Positions 13,260 to 26,963 of a DNA stretch of 64,000 bases are shown here, in pieces. The stretch lies in assembly GCF_009914755.1 (NCBI RefSeq), contig NC_060930.1; one strand, given 5' to 3'. The number at the start of each line of letters is the position of its first letter. Position 1 is the stretch's first letter. The notes beneath the pieces were generated by a model, which was not told where the DNA came from, did not search any database, and saw nothing but the letters and a program-made list of their open reading frames with translations. The stretch comes from the human T2T-CHM13v2.0 reference genome, Homo sapiens. The position numbers were made by a program, and so were the translations under genes.

Positions 13260-14165
13260 AAAAAATCTTTCTTGCTTTATCACTTGTTTGTTCCTTCTCA
13301 TTGCTGAGTAGTGGTCACAGCATGGATGTACCACAGTTTGTTTAATAACGCAAATATTGAACATCATCATCTATTATGTAGATAGCTTCCAGTTTAGGGC
13401 TATTATGAATTAGGTTGCTATAAATATTCTTAATTTTAATATAGTTGATTTATTAAAGTTTTCTTTACAGTTTGTACTTTTATGTCTGGCTTAAGAGATT
13501 CTCCCCTCACAAGGGGAATTAAAATAATTTTCTTATTTCTTCTCATATAGTACAAGTTTGAAATAGTTATATTTCTATGTTTTGATTTAAAACATTTGCT
13601 GTTTGAATTTGGTGCATTTTTGTGCTTGTGTATAACAATTATGTCACTATTTAAATAAATGTTGATTCTTTTCCAGACAATCTGCAATACAGTGTCTGCC
13701 AGAAATCACATTTATATGATGTTTGTCTATAGATGAACTCTCTGTTCTATTTAATTTACTATTTTACTTTATAGTAAGGTACTACATTAATTCTATTCTT
13801 TCATAAATACTATAAATTTATAGAAATCTCATTATCTGGGAGTACATGTCACTTCACCTTTTCCTTCCTTCACTATGTGATTTGACACTATATACTCTAA
13901 TGTAAATATTAGAATTAGTTTGTCAACTTATACAGTTACACAGAATTGTATTTAATATCTATGAGATTTTAATTGAAATTGTATTAAATATATTGATAAC
14001 TATTAATTGATGTTTTTGTGGGTCTATCTACAAAAGAAAATTAATATTTCTCCATCAGCTAAACTAAGTTTTACTTAATAACATTCCATTTTAAAAGTAT
14101 GGTGACATTTTTAATAGATTTGTTTTATTCATAAATACTTTATGATCTTGTGGCTGTTACAAATA
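13260..14165 (-). mobile_element. Old degenerate L1M (L1ME-like), interrupted by a younger L1MA
   Basis: Antisense L1 3' and ORF2 motifs (ttcattgctgagtag...taccacagtttg; tagaattagtttgtcaa). Confidence 0.55.
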
Positions 14166-14167
14166 TA

Positions 14168-16305
14168 TTTTTAATTAGCACATAAAAACTATATATATTT
14201 ATAGTATACAAAGTGATGTTTTGATATATGTATACATTGCAAAATGATTAAATAAAGCTAATTAACACAAACCATTTTTTTGTGTGATTCATAAGAACAT
14301 TTAAGACATTCTGCCTTTGAAATTTTCAAGTATACAACACATTATTATTAACTATACTCTCCATGCTGTATAACACATCTCTGGAACTTATTTCTGATGT
14401 CTAATCAAAACTTTGCACCCTTTGACCAACATTTTACCCATTCCTTCCTATTATTACCTCTCCCAACTCCTGGAAACCACCGCTTCATACTCTTTCTATG
14501 AGTTCACATAGAAACTCATATTTTGTAGATTCCACATATAAGTGAGATCATGCAATATGCATCGTTCTTTGCCTGGCTTATTTGACTTAGCACAATGACC
14601 TCTAGGTTCATTCATGTTTTCACAAATGACAAGATTTTCCTTTGAAAATCTAAATAGGACTACATTGCCTGTCTGTTTGTGCATCTATCCACCAATCTTT
14701 TATCTATCTATCACATTTTCTTTATCCATTATGGATTTCATTTTCTTTAGATATACACCTAGGGATAAGATTATTGGATTATATGATAGTTCTATTTTTA
14801 ATTTTTAGGGGAGTTTCTATAGTGTTTTTCATAATGGGTATACTAATTAGCATTTCAAACAACAGTATACAAAGATTCCCTTTTCTTCACATCCCAGCCA
14901 ACACTTATCTATATAATTTTTTTGGACATAGCCATTTTAACAGGTATGAGGGCATATTTCATTATGGTTTTAATTATAATTTCCCTGATGATTAGTGATA
15001 GTGAGCATTCTTTCAAATACCAGTTAGTCATTTTATGTGTTCTTTTGATAAATGTGTATTCAGATCCTGTGTCCATTTTTTAATCAGGTTATTTGTTTTC
15101 TTGCTGTTAAGTTGATTGAGTTCCTTACACATTTTGAATATTAAACCCTTATCATACGTATGATTTGTAAATAGTATTTTCCATTCTAGAAGTTGCCTCT
15201 CACACAGTTGACTGTGTCCTTTACTGTGCAGAAGCCTTTTAGTTTCATTGAATTCTGTTTGTCCATTTTTGCTTTTGTTGCTTGTGATTTTGGAGTCATA
15301 CCCAAAAAATTATTGCTCAGACCAATGTCAGGAAGCATTCCTCCTATATTTTCTCCTAATAGTTTTGCTGTTGCATGTCTTAAGTTTAAGTTTTCAATCC
15401 ATTTGAGTGGATTTTTGTATATGATGTAAGATTCAATTTCATTCTTTTGAATGAAGAATAAAATTTTTTTCCAACATTATTTATTAAAGAGATTGTCCTT
15501 TGCTCATTGTATGTTCTATGGCATCATTGTCAAGAGTCAATCAATCACAAATGCATGAATTTTTTTTCTGTGTTCCTTTTTCTATTCTATTGGTATATTT
15601 GCCTGTTTTATGCAAATATCATGCTGTTTTGATTACTGTAGCTTTGTAGTATATTTTGAAATCAGGTGGTGTAATGCACTTAGCTTTGTTCATTTTCTTA
15701 ATATCGTTTTGGCTATTCAAGTTCTTTTGTGTTTTATATGAATTTTAATCTTTTTCTATTTGTGTAAAAATATTGTAATTTTAATAAATATTGCATTGAC
15801 TCTCTAGATCACTTTGGGTAATATGGACATTTTAACAACATTAATTCTTGTAATCTATTAACATAAGATACCTTTTCATTTATTTGTGTCTTAATATCCT
15901 TTATCTACATTCCATAGTTTTCAGTGTACCGACCTTTTTATTTTCTTGGTTAAATTTATTCTTAAGTATTTTATTTCTTTGTAGCTATTTTAAATGAGAT
16001 TGTTCTTTTGATTTCTTTTTTCAGATAATTTGTTGTTGCAGAAACGCTACTTAAAAGAGTCTAGATTATGTATCTTGCAACTTTATTGAATACATTTATT
16101 AGCTCTAACAATGTTTTGATGAAATCCTTAGAGTTTTCTATATAGAAGATTATGTCATTTGACAAGAAAGACAATTTTGTTTTCTTTTAAATTTAGATGA
16201 CTTTAATTTTTTTTTATCCTGCCTAACTGTTGTGGCTAGGACATCCAGTACTAGATGGAATAAAAGTGGTATGAGTGGGCATTGTTTTCTTGTTCCTGAT
16301 CTTAT
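14168..16305 (-). mobile_element. L1MA (about L1MA7-9) 3' ~2.1 kb
   Basis: 3'UTR 'tagattccacatataagtgagatcatgc' followed by a continuous antisense ORF2 C-terminal region. Confidence 0.8.
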
Positions 16306-16319
16306 AAAAAAAAAAGATT

Positions 16320-17100
16320 TCTGAAATGTTTCAAAGTGAATTTTCCTGTTTATATAAAGAATTTTATAACTTTATTTTGTACCCGGCTACATTGCTCACT
16401 TTTATATTAGCTCTTTTAATTAGTTTTTAAGTTCTTTGGATTTTTTTCATGTGGAAAAACATATTTGCAATTACCATCAGTTTTATTTCTTTAAAAGAAT
16501 CTTTATATATTTAATTTATCTCTTTTCTTGCCTCACTGCAATGGCTAAAGCTCCTAGTACAATGTTGAATAACCATAAAAGTAGTAGGTACCACTAACTT
16601 CGTTTTGATATAAGATAAATTATTCTAACATGTTTTTATACATTATTATTTATTAGGGTAAATGGGTTCCTTTTAATTTCTTGTTTGCTATGCATTTTTA
16701 AAGATCTTGCACCTTTTTTGCTTGTTCTATTGAAATAAGAGTAAGTTTATCTCATTAAATCTATTTATGTGTATAGCTATTAATATGTGTAGTTTTTAAT
16801 TGATTTTCTAATGTTAAACCAGCTTTGCAGTATTGGGTTCCAAATTAGTCTTGGTGTCATTTCTTTAATATATTGCAGGATTATATATTGTTAGGAATTG
16901 TATCTATTATCATAATTGAGATTAGCCTATATTATTTTCTTGTCCTTACTTGTAGTATAAAGAGTATATGAGACCCATAAAATGAATTTGGAAGTGGCCA
17001 GATTTTTTTTCTATTTTATACTTTAAAACATTGTAAAAGGGTTATTTTATCACTCTTCAAGTACTGGTAAAATTTTCTACAACTCTTATTTAAAATAGTA
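16320..17100 (-). mobile_element. Old L1M ORF2 fragment (continuation)
   Basis: 'cttgcctcactgcaatggctaaagctcctagtacaatgttgaataa' antisense RT-region motif. Confidence 0.6.
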
Positions 17101-17579
17101 GTTTTCATAACAAAGAGTGATGAAAATTTCATTGTTATGTGGTCATCTCTTTATTTACCATTATTATTTAATATGACAGAGTAATATGCCAAATAAACTT
17201 GGAAGGCAGGTAACAGAGAGTTGGTAGTCTAGTAAAAATATTGAAAGTTTGTATTATTGTTGATTTTCCTAAGTATTTGTATTTGTGTATGTTTTTAATA
17301 GTAATTTGCTTTGTGTTTCTAATTTTTTGTCTTTTGTTTTGAAAATAATTTTTGATAAAATGAGAAGATTTGAAACAGCATAAGATGAAAAACATTTAGT
17401 TTCTTGCATTTATTAAAATTCAATTCCTAAAATTTATTTTATTATATAACACCTTTAAGTTGCCATTGTTATAATACTTTTTGTTTATATAATTCAAGAA
17501 TACCCTCTAATATCAAATAGTGTGAACTTATACTTCCTCTCTGTTTATTTTATTCAGTTTTTAATTTCTTTATTTACCA

Positions 17580-19470
17580 TCTGCTCTGTGAGATATACCT
17601 CCACTAGAGATATTGAGTAGGTATTTGGTCATATGGATCAAAAACTTGGAGTACAAGTTTGGATTGCAGCTCTATATTTCAGAGTCATCCACAAATTGAT
17701 TGATTTTGAAGCCATAAGACTGCATAAAACACTAAGGAACTGAATAGTCACAGAGGACCAAGAACTGGGCCCTACAGCATCCAAAAATTAGAGCTCTAGG
17801 ATAAGAGAAGGAACAAGCACAAGAAACTGAGACGTGAACACTGATAAAGGAGATAAATCAGGCAAGCATGGTGTCCTAGAAGTCCAGATGCAGAGGGCAA
17901 TCAACTTTTTCAAATGCTTCTGATAGTTCAAGTGAGATAAGGATCAATAATTAATCATTTAGTGGTAAGAAGTCATATATAAGTTTAATGAAAAACCGTT
18001 TTCCTGGAATAGCAGCAAAATCAAGAATGTAGTGGGCTTATGACAGAATTGAAGTGGAGAAACAAGTGAAGGTTAATGTAGACAATACTTGTGAGTAGTT
18101 TTACTTTAAAGGAAAATAAGGAAATGAGACAATAAAGATTGAGGATTGTATGGCCATTTAAAAAGGTAGCAATATCAGCATGATTTTACGGTAATGGGAG
18201 GAAGCAAAAATGATCAGGAGAGAAGAAAAAAAGAATGACATAGTAGAGAGAAGCCAAAAATTGCCACAGTGATATCATTGGGTAGGTAAAAAAACAGGAT
18301 CTAGAAAACAAATGAAGAAATGGGATTTTGAGAGACTTATGGGTAGCTTATCTATCATATCACTTAGGGAGGCAAATTATATAGGGGTAGATGTTGATAG
18401 GTGGATATATTTGGCAATCTATGGAGTTCTCTTTAATTGCATAAATTTTGTCAAAGGAGATATGTCGTCACAATGTCATCAGCTCAGAACGAGTTTGGGA
18501 ATGGGGCTGTTGAATATTTGAGGGAAAAAAGAGATATGATATAGTCATCTAGGAGGTAAGAAGAGTGAGTAGACTAATGAAGTCAAATGTGAGAACATAA
18601 ATTGATCAAGGACATATAGTGTAGTAGCCTGGCAGAAGTAAATGTATACTTGAAGGTTGCAGTCGTAACTTTAGGATAAGATGGTCAGTACAGTTGGGAT
18701 ATTTTCTCCCACCCATGAATCTAGAAAGAGAATACGTAGAGAGCTGGATTAAACCAGGGTTGTGATTTTCCAAGCAAGTACAATGAAGTGAGAGAAAGGT
18801 GAGGAAGTTAAGAGTGTATGCAAGGCAATGATTATTTAGCCTTGGAATTTAACTGAGTACAAAGAGAGGATATCAAGATGAAAGAGGGTGAAAAATTACT
18901 AGAATCAATAAATTGGAGATCCTAGTGTGTTTTAAGCATTTTGGGGTCAGTGCATTAGATGCAATGAGAAAGAGAGAAATTGGTTGTAATTGAGTAGCAA
19001 TTATAAAATTGAAATGATAAAGGAATTGCAGTTATTGGTATTGAGAAGGACTGGGGTGTGACCATGGGAACTCGTAATTCTGGAAGGGTAGAGGATAAGA
19101 TCATTGTAAGAGACAAATTCATGGGACTTGGAGGCTAAGGTTTAGAGACAGCATCAAAATATATCTTTAACCCACAAGAATAAATGCTGTAGCAATATTG
19201 GAGAGATCGATAATAAGCCACAAACTAAAACTGTGGAAAAATATAAGATAGGAACTGCAAAAAATGGAAGGGAACAACATGCACCAACAATGAGGGTTTG
19301 TGGGTGATACAAACTGATTATATGAGATTTAAAACAGATTACTTTTTAGGAAGAAGTAGTAATAAAGAACAAATATGTCTATTCCACTGCCAGGTCTGTG
19401 GACAATGCTGTGGTGGTAAAAATAGACACCACTGGTGAGAACTGTAGGGGAAATAGAGGAACCAGCTTAA
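17580..19470 (-). mobile_element. L2 LINE fragments
   Basis: Purine-rich antisense L2 motifs (caaatgcttctgatagttcaagtgagataagg; gtggtaagaagtcat). Confidence 0.6.
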
Positions 19471-19489
19471 GGAAGAGCTGGGTTTTTAT

Positions 19490-19628
19490 TTTTATTTTAT
19501 TTTATTTAGTACAGATGGCGGTTTCACCATGTTGGCCAGGCTGATCCTGATTTCATGACTTCAAGTGATCTGCCCGCCTCAGCCTCCCAAATTGCTGGGA
19601 TTACAGGTGTGAGACACTGTACTTGGCC
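19490..19628 (-). mobile_element. Alu left monomer only (AluS-like) with TSD
   Basis: Left-arm sequence ending in an A-rich tract. TSD aagagctggRtttttat at 19473-19489 and 19630-19646. Confidence 0.9.
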
Positions 19629-19772
19629 CAAGAGCTGGATTTTTATGAAAGCTAGAGTGTGCAAAGAGCATTCTGGAAAGAGGTGGAAGATAAAAGGGGG
19701 ATTTCCTAATGCTGAAATGTGTATTCCAGAGAATACAGTACAGAGTATTTGGGAGAAGTGAAGGATGGATGG

Positions 19773-22139
19773 TGTATTAATCTGTTCTCACCTTGCTATA
19801 AAGAAGTAGCTGAGAATGGATAATTTAAAAGGAAAAGAGGTTTAATTGACTCACAGTTCTACATGCTGTACAGAAAACATGGCTGGGGGCGGGGGCCTCT
19901 GAAAACTTACAATCATGGCAGAAGGGAAAAGAGGAAGCAAGCACCTTCTTCACATGGTGGAATTGCAGAGAGACAGAGCAAAGGGGCAAGTGCTACATAC
20001 TTTTAAACAGCCAGATATCATGAGAACTCACTCACTATCATAAGAACAGCAAGAGGGAAATCCACCTCCATGATTCAATCACCTCCCACTGGCTCCTCCC
20101 CAACATTGGAAATTATAATTTGACATGAAGTTTGGGTGGTGACACAGAGGTAAACCATATAATTCCACCCCTGGCCCCTCCCAAATCTCACGTTCTTCTC
20201 ACATTTAAAAACACAATCTTGCCTTTCTAATAGTCCCCTAGTGTTTTAACTCATTCCAGCATTAACTGAGAAGTCCAAGTCCAAACCCTCATATAAGACA
20301 ATGCAAGTCCCTTCTGCCTATGAGCCTGTAAAATCAAAAACAAACTATTTAGTTCCACGATACAACAGAGGTACATGAATTGGGTAAATGCCCTTTTCCA
20401 AAAGGGAGAAGTTGGCCAAAAAAAAAGGGGCTATAGGCCCCATGCATGCCCAAAACCCAGCAGAGGAGTCATTAAATCTTAAAGCTCCAAAATAATCTCC
20501 TTTGACTCCATGACTCACACGTAGGCCTCACTGATCCAAGAAGTGGGCTCCTAAGGCCTTGAGCATCTCTGCCCCTGTGGCTCTGAAGGGTAGCTTCCCT
20601 GCAGCTGCTTTCATGAGCTGACATTGAGTGCCAGCAGCTTTTCCAGGTACATGGTGCAAGCTGTTGTTGGATATACCATTGTGGGGTCTGGAGGATGGTG
20701 GCACTCTTCTCACAGTTCCAGTTGGCAGTGGCCCAATGGGAATTGTGTGTGGGAGCTCCAAACTCAGTTTTCCTCCATAATGCCCCGGAAAAGGTTCTCA
20801 TGAAGGCTCCACCCCTGCAGCAGACTTCTGCCTGGACATCCAGGTATTTCCATACATCCTCTGAAATCTAGGTGGAAGCCCCCAAACCTCAAATCTTGCC
20901 TTTAGTGTACCTGCAGGCCCAACACCAAATGGAAGTCACTGATGCTTCAGGCTTAAAACCTCTGAAGCCATGGCCTGAGCTTTACTTTGGCCCCTTTTAG
21001 CCACAGCTGAAGCTGGAGCAGCTGGGATGCAGGGCACCATGTCCCAATGCTGCATAGAGCAATGGGGACCGGGGCCTGGCCCACAAGACCATCCTATGAT
21101 AGAAGGGGCTGCCAGTAAAGGTCTCTGAAATGTCTTCGAGGCATTTTCCCCATTGTCTTGGCTATTAACATTTGGTTGTTTTTTACTTATGCAAATTTCT
21201 GCAGCCTTGAATTCTTCCCCCCAAAATGGGTTTTTTCTTTTCTACTTCATGGTCAGAGTGCAAATTTCCCAAATTTTAAGCTCTGCTTCCTTTTTAAATA
21301 TAAGTTCTAGTTTCAAGTGATTTATTTGCTTATGCAAATGAGCTTAGGCTTTGAGAAGCAGCCAAGTCACTCTTGAACACCTTGCTGCTTAGAAATTTCT
21401 TCCACCAGATACCCTAAATCATCTCTCAAAGTTCAAAGTTCCACAGATCCCTAGAGCAGGGGCACAATGCTGCTATTCTCTTTGCTAAAGCATAAAAAGA
21501 GTGACCTTTCCTCCAATTCCCAATAAATTCCTCATCTCTGTCTGAGACCTCCTTAGTCTGGACTTCATTGTCCATATCACTATCAACATTTTGGTCAAAA
21601 TAAACAAGTTCCTAGGAAGTTCCAAACTTTCCTTCTTCCTGTCTTCTGAGTCCTCCAAATTCTTCCAACCTCTGTCCATGACCCAGTTCCAAAGCTGCTT
21701 ACACATTTTCAAGTATCTTCATAGCAACACCTCACCTTTCTGGTACGAATTTTCTGTATTAGTCCATTCATACACTGCTATAAAAAACTACCTGAGACTG
21801 TGTTACTTATGAAGGAAAGTGGTTTAATTGACCCACAGTTCCACAGGCTGTACAGGAAGCATGGCTAGGTAAGTCTCAGGCAACTTACAATAATGGTAGA
21901 AAGGCAGAGGGGAAGTAATCACATTCTTCACATGGTAGAGCATGAGAGATAGCATGAAGAAGGAAGTCTGACACACTTCGAAACAACCAGATCTCATGAG
22001 GACTCACTCACTATCACGAGAAAAGCAAAGGGGAAATTCACCCCCATAATCCAATCACCTCCCACCAGGTCCCTCCTCCAATATTGGGAATTAAAATTTG
22101 ACATGAAATTTGGGTGGGGACACAGAGACAACCATATCA
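19773..22139 (-). mobile_element. Full MaLR element, MSTA-like: LTR (19773-20162), internal region (20163-21754), LTR (21755-22139)
   Basis: Two LTRs tgtatta...ccatat(a/c)a flank a THE1/MST-type internal sequence. 5-bp TSD gatgg (19768-72) / gatag (22140-44). Confidence 0.9.
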
Positions 22140-23512
22140 GATAGGAAAAGGGGAAAAAGAGGTTACCATGCAGAAAACTGTACTGATCAATCCTTGGGGG
22201 TAAAATTGTGGACTTCTGAGAATACCAGTTGTTACTTAGAGCATGTGGGCCCCTGAAATTGAGTATGAAAAGCCAAGAGAAATGAAAATTAATTTTTTCT
22301 TGGTATCCACAAGTCAAATAACAAGGGCAACAAGAAACTGGTGTATTTTGAATTCATGGAGGGGAACCACTTTAGGGTTCACAATGGACAGGAGAACATA
22401 TAGATACTTTTTACTGTAGTTCTGCGTCTTTTATACTGCAAGGAGCTGGGGCTGCATAGAGATGCAGAGCCTAGTTCATGGGTAAAGACAGCTCCATGTA
22501 CATGAACATTTTCTTAAGTGGAAGCACCAAATGTGTATATAGCATGTACACATTTTCTTGGATGACAGAGTATTTTCCCTGTAAAAATATTAGCGATAAA
22601 GTAGAAATTTGATTTACTGGCTTTTGCCTTCATAGTGTCCTATCTAAGCAAAGGAAAATTAAAGGAAGCATACCTTGCATTTATTCCTGCTCTGTGTTCC
22701 CATCTCTATTCTGTCTTTAGAAAAAAAAAAGAAACTCCTTCTCCAAGTAAAACATACTTTATTACAACTATGTGTATTTTCTCAACATCATTCTGTAACC
22801 AGCTTAAATGCCAAAAAATGCAAAGGTGTTTTCCATTTTTGTTTTAAAGCTTTCTTATAATTTAATCAATAAAGCTTTATTGTGGAGAGTTTCCATTACA
22901 TCCAATTATTAGCCATGCAAAATATTGCAGCTATTAGGAACAAAGTAGTGATTCTTTCAGATTTGACCTTTTAGTGTTTTTAAAGCATATAGTAATTTTC
23001 CATACTATTTCTATGTTTTGAGTACTGGCCTCATGTATTAACACATATACATTTTAATTATCTTTGGGTACAACTACAACATAATAATCAAATGAACATT
23101 TTTGTACTTAGGCTTAATAACAAATTTCTAAATACAAATGACAAATATATCACTCACAGAATTTAGGAATAATAATTTTGTGATAAAAGAAACTTTCCTG
23201 GTTTTTCACTTTATTTCTCACATTTGTCTAGTTGGGGTACATTATGTATCTTAGTTTACAGAGAAAGGTACAAAAAGTTGGACACCTAAATAATTCTCTT
23301 GGGGATACATAATGAAGGAGTTGTAGAACTGAAATTTAAAACCCATAATCAATCCTAAGAAACTAAACTATTCATTAATACAATATAACCACTCTAGCCC
23401 AAATTAAATATTAGAAATTGCTCAAAAGTGGAATTTAAACTGTTTATGTAGATTTCTTACAATAGTAATACTAATGCAAATATATTATGCACCTAATATT
23501 GCACATTTTATG

Positions 23513-23882
23513 TGTATTAGTCTGTTTTTACCCTGCTGTAAAAAACTGTCCGATACTGGGTAATTTATAAAGAAAAGAGGTTTAAGGGATTCATGGTTTT
23601 GCATTGTGGGGAGGCCTGAGGAAACTTATAATCATGGTGGGAGGCAAAGGAGAAGCAGGCACCTTCTTCAAAGGGTGACAGGACAGAGTGAGTGTCAACA
23701 GGGGAAATGCCAAAGGCTTACAAAACCATCAGATCTTGTAAGTCTCACTCATTATTACAAGAACAGCATGGGAGAACTGCTCTCATGATCCAATTACCTC
23801 CACCTGGTCTTGCCCTTGACATGTCAGGATTATTACAATTCAAGTTGAGGTTTGGGTGGGGACACAGAGCCAAACCATATCA
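23513..23882 (-). mobile_element. MaLR solo LTR (THE1D/MSTA-like)
   Basis: tgtattagtctg...gggtggggacacagagccaaaccatatca termini. Confidence 0.85.
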
Positions 23883-25279
23883 GTATATGTCAAGCTCTGT
23901 GATAAATGGCTCATTGTGTATAAGCCTCCTTTAAACTTAAGTATAGTGTAAAGTGGAAATAATTTCCATTCTACAAGAGGCAAAATTATTTGTCTGAAGT
24001 CACATTTGTATTTAGCAGAAAAGTTGGGAACCAAAGGAAGTCAGATCAGATCCTGCAGTGGTAGCTAATAGTTTAATTCAAATGTTTCAGCAAATATCCA
24101 GGTTGTTACAAATATATTATGTCCAAGTGTAAAGTATGTAATTTTATAGTCTCTGTAGACAATTATATAATTCAGTCATAAAAGATTTAGAGCAATTGGA
24201 TTGGTCAACTGTCAGTTCCTTAAATTCAAAAGATTTTTTGTTGGTTTTGTGCAAATGCTAAAGTTAAAATGAAATGCCCAGTTTGCACAAAAGCACCAGA
24301 ACATTCTGTTTTCTCCATTAGTTTTATTCCAGTGAACATTGTACTATTCCTAACAATTTGATGAGGGTGATGAAGTGAATTAGTCCTCCAGATTTTGAAA
24401 GATTGTGGATTTGTGCCCTTTTGGAAGCATTTTTTCTCCCAGGAATGTCAAAGCTGGCAATTTTTGGATGGTAATTTGCTTCTCCATCTGTCCCATACAT
24501 TTAGAATAGTTGTGAAGAATGAATTTCATACTATGCCTAGTAGGCCTTTCCTTTTTTGTGTTGCCAGTGTGATTTCTCTAAGGAGAGGTCACCTTTGTGT
24601 TGGGATTCTGTGACTGCCCAGGTGAAATTGTTCAATTCTTTGACAAATCTTAAGGAAGCTCAAAAGTGATAGACAAATAAATAAATAAATAAAACCTGAA
24701 ATATGGTGTTTCTGTATTAGTCAAGGTAGATTAAGCTATGCTCTGATGCCATATACACCTGTGCTACTTAGTGACTTAACACATGCAAGTGTATTTCTTA
24801 TTCAGTCACAAGGTCTCACTTAATATATAAAAACAAGAAAGAAGGAAGTGACATAGAAGGACAACTGGATTTGAGTGAACACTAGTAATTTCTACCACTG
24901 CTGCCAATCCTTCTTCATTTAAAAAGTTTATCGTTTATTATTCTAGCCCTTTTGATATTGCAGATTACATAACCAAATTTATCACCCAGATGAATAATGT
25001 AGATTTGGATTGATTCATAGTTTATTTTGAAAGAAAAATAAAATTTGCAGCTTTTTGAAAATTAATATGCCCAACTTTTTGCCTGTTATGTTTGGAAGAC
25101 TTATTAATGTAATGTTATAATATGAAAAATTAATGTTGCATCATTTTCTCAATCAATACATTGCTAGAAGAAAATTTTAGAGAAAAGTAGAAAAAGATTT
25201 TAGAGAAAACTAGAATAGCATTTCTAGTTTTCTCTAAAATAATTGTATCTCTAACATCTGAAACATTTGAAAAGTTTTA

Positions 25280-25470
25280 TGGGCCTCTGAACAAGCTGTT
25301 TGTCCCTGGGTGAGTTATTTGACCTCTTTAAACCATATTTCCTCAAATTGGGGAAGGAAGTAGTAACATCTTTTGTAGAGTTCATGTACTAAGTCATAAA
25401 ATTATTGTAAGAAAACAACAATAGTTTCTGGTATTTACTAAAAGCTCAGTGAAATTAGCTAGTGCTATAT
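25280..25470 (+). mobile_element. MIR fragment
   Basis: 'agctgtttgtccctgggtgagttatttgacctcttt'. Confidence 0.5.
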
Positions 25471-25910
25471 GGACCTCTGAAAAGGTGATGATCATGTCTA
25501 TCTCAAGTTTGAGCCAAACTCAGATGTATGTATCTGTTAGTTATGTACAGATTTCCTATGTGCTAAAATGCTATTAAGGACTTTCCATGAGTAAATATTA
25601 ATATACCTTTGGGAGCCATTAAATAAAAACTTAAGCTAACACATTTTATCCTGAGAGTTTGTTTTTAGTGTTTTTGATGATTATCCTGTTCATATTCTGT
25701 GATGTTAACATCAGAAGTTCCTTCTATGAATTTAATAATTTTCCACATAGAAATAAAGCTAAGATTTATAATCTATGTTTATAAGTTATAAACATAGTCC
25801 AACAGAAATATAATTCAACATATTGATTAAATATTATTGCTGTAGGCCTAAGAAGAATTGGGTAGTAAGAGACGATAAAAGTTTTCAGTTTAACTTCATG
25901 ATAATGGTTA

Positions 25911-26283
25911 TGTTATAGGTTGAATTCTTCCCCATCCCAAATTGGGATGTTGCAGTCCTAACCCCCAGCACTCATAATGTAATCTTATTTGGAAATAGGA
26001 TTGCTGCACATGTAATCAGTTAAGATGAGATCATACTGGATTAGAGTGGGCTCCTAATCCAACATGACTGGTGTCTTTATGAGGAAAGATGATGTGAAGG
26101 CACTAGGGGAAAACCATATACAAGCCAAAGTACTCCTGAGGCCACTGCTCTCAGAAGGAACCAACCCTGCCAAGACCTTGATCTCATACTTCTAGCCTTC
26201 AGAATTCTGAGACAATGAATTTCTGTTATGTAAGCCAGCCAGTTTGTGGTACTTTGTTATGGCAGCCCTAGCAAACCAAAATA
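25911..26283 (+). mobile_element. MLT1 (MLT1B-like) solo LTR
   Basis: tgttataggttgaatt...gtcctaacccccagcac...gtggtactttgttatggcagccctagcaaac. Confidence 0.85.
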
Positions 26284-26963
26284 GTTTGTCACACATTTCA
26301 ATGTTACAAGTTTTGAGGCCCATAAGAAATTATTAATATTCATTTACATCTCCAGCACTTTAAGTGGAAATCTTGGAGTACCAGGTATAATCTCAGACAT
26401 CCTACCTTAGCTATGTAAGAAACGGCCTGAACAGATAATATCAAAGTATAAAACTCTTAAAGACTAGCTTAGCAAAAGTATATTTTTTACAGAGGGAGTT
26501 TCTTATCTTCAGCTATATACAGCATTACGTTTTGCAAACTAATCTGTATAACTCTGTTCCTAAATTTTACATGTGAAGATGTAGCCATCTTCCACTCCTT
26601 GTTGTATTAGTTGTCAGCACACATTGTTCACCCACAGTTAGATATATAATGCCTAGTATGGATACATAGTCATGAGTTGAATACATAAATGCCTTTCATT
26701 GGTGGTGGGGTTTTGTAAAATCAGTGGATATCTTCATGAAATTGCCTGTGGTAAGTATGAAAACTAAATTTAGATATATTTATGGCCTATGGACAACATA
26801 AAATGGAAGAACACTGGTAGAACAAATACTATAACAATGTCTTTAGAATTTAATGTCTATATACATTTCATATGGAAATGCTTTTTCAGGTCTTTATTCA
26901 AATAAAGAATTATAAAGTTAGACTAACCATTGAAATAGCCTATATTTCTGATGTATTTAAATG

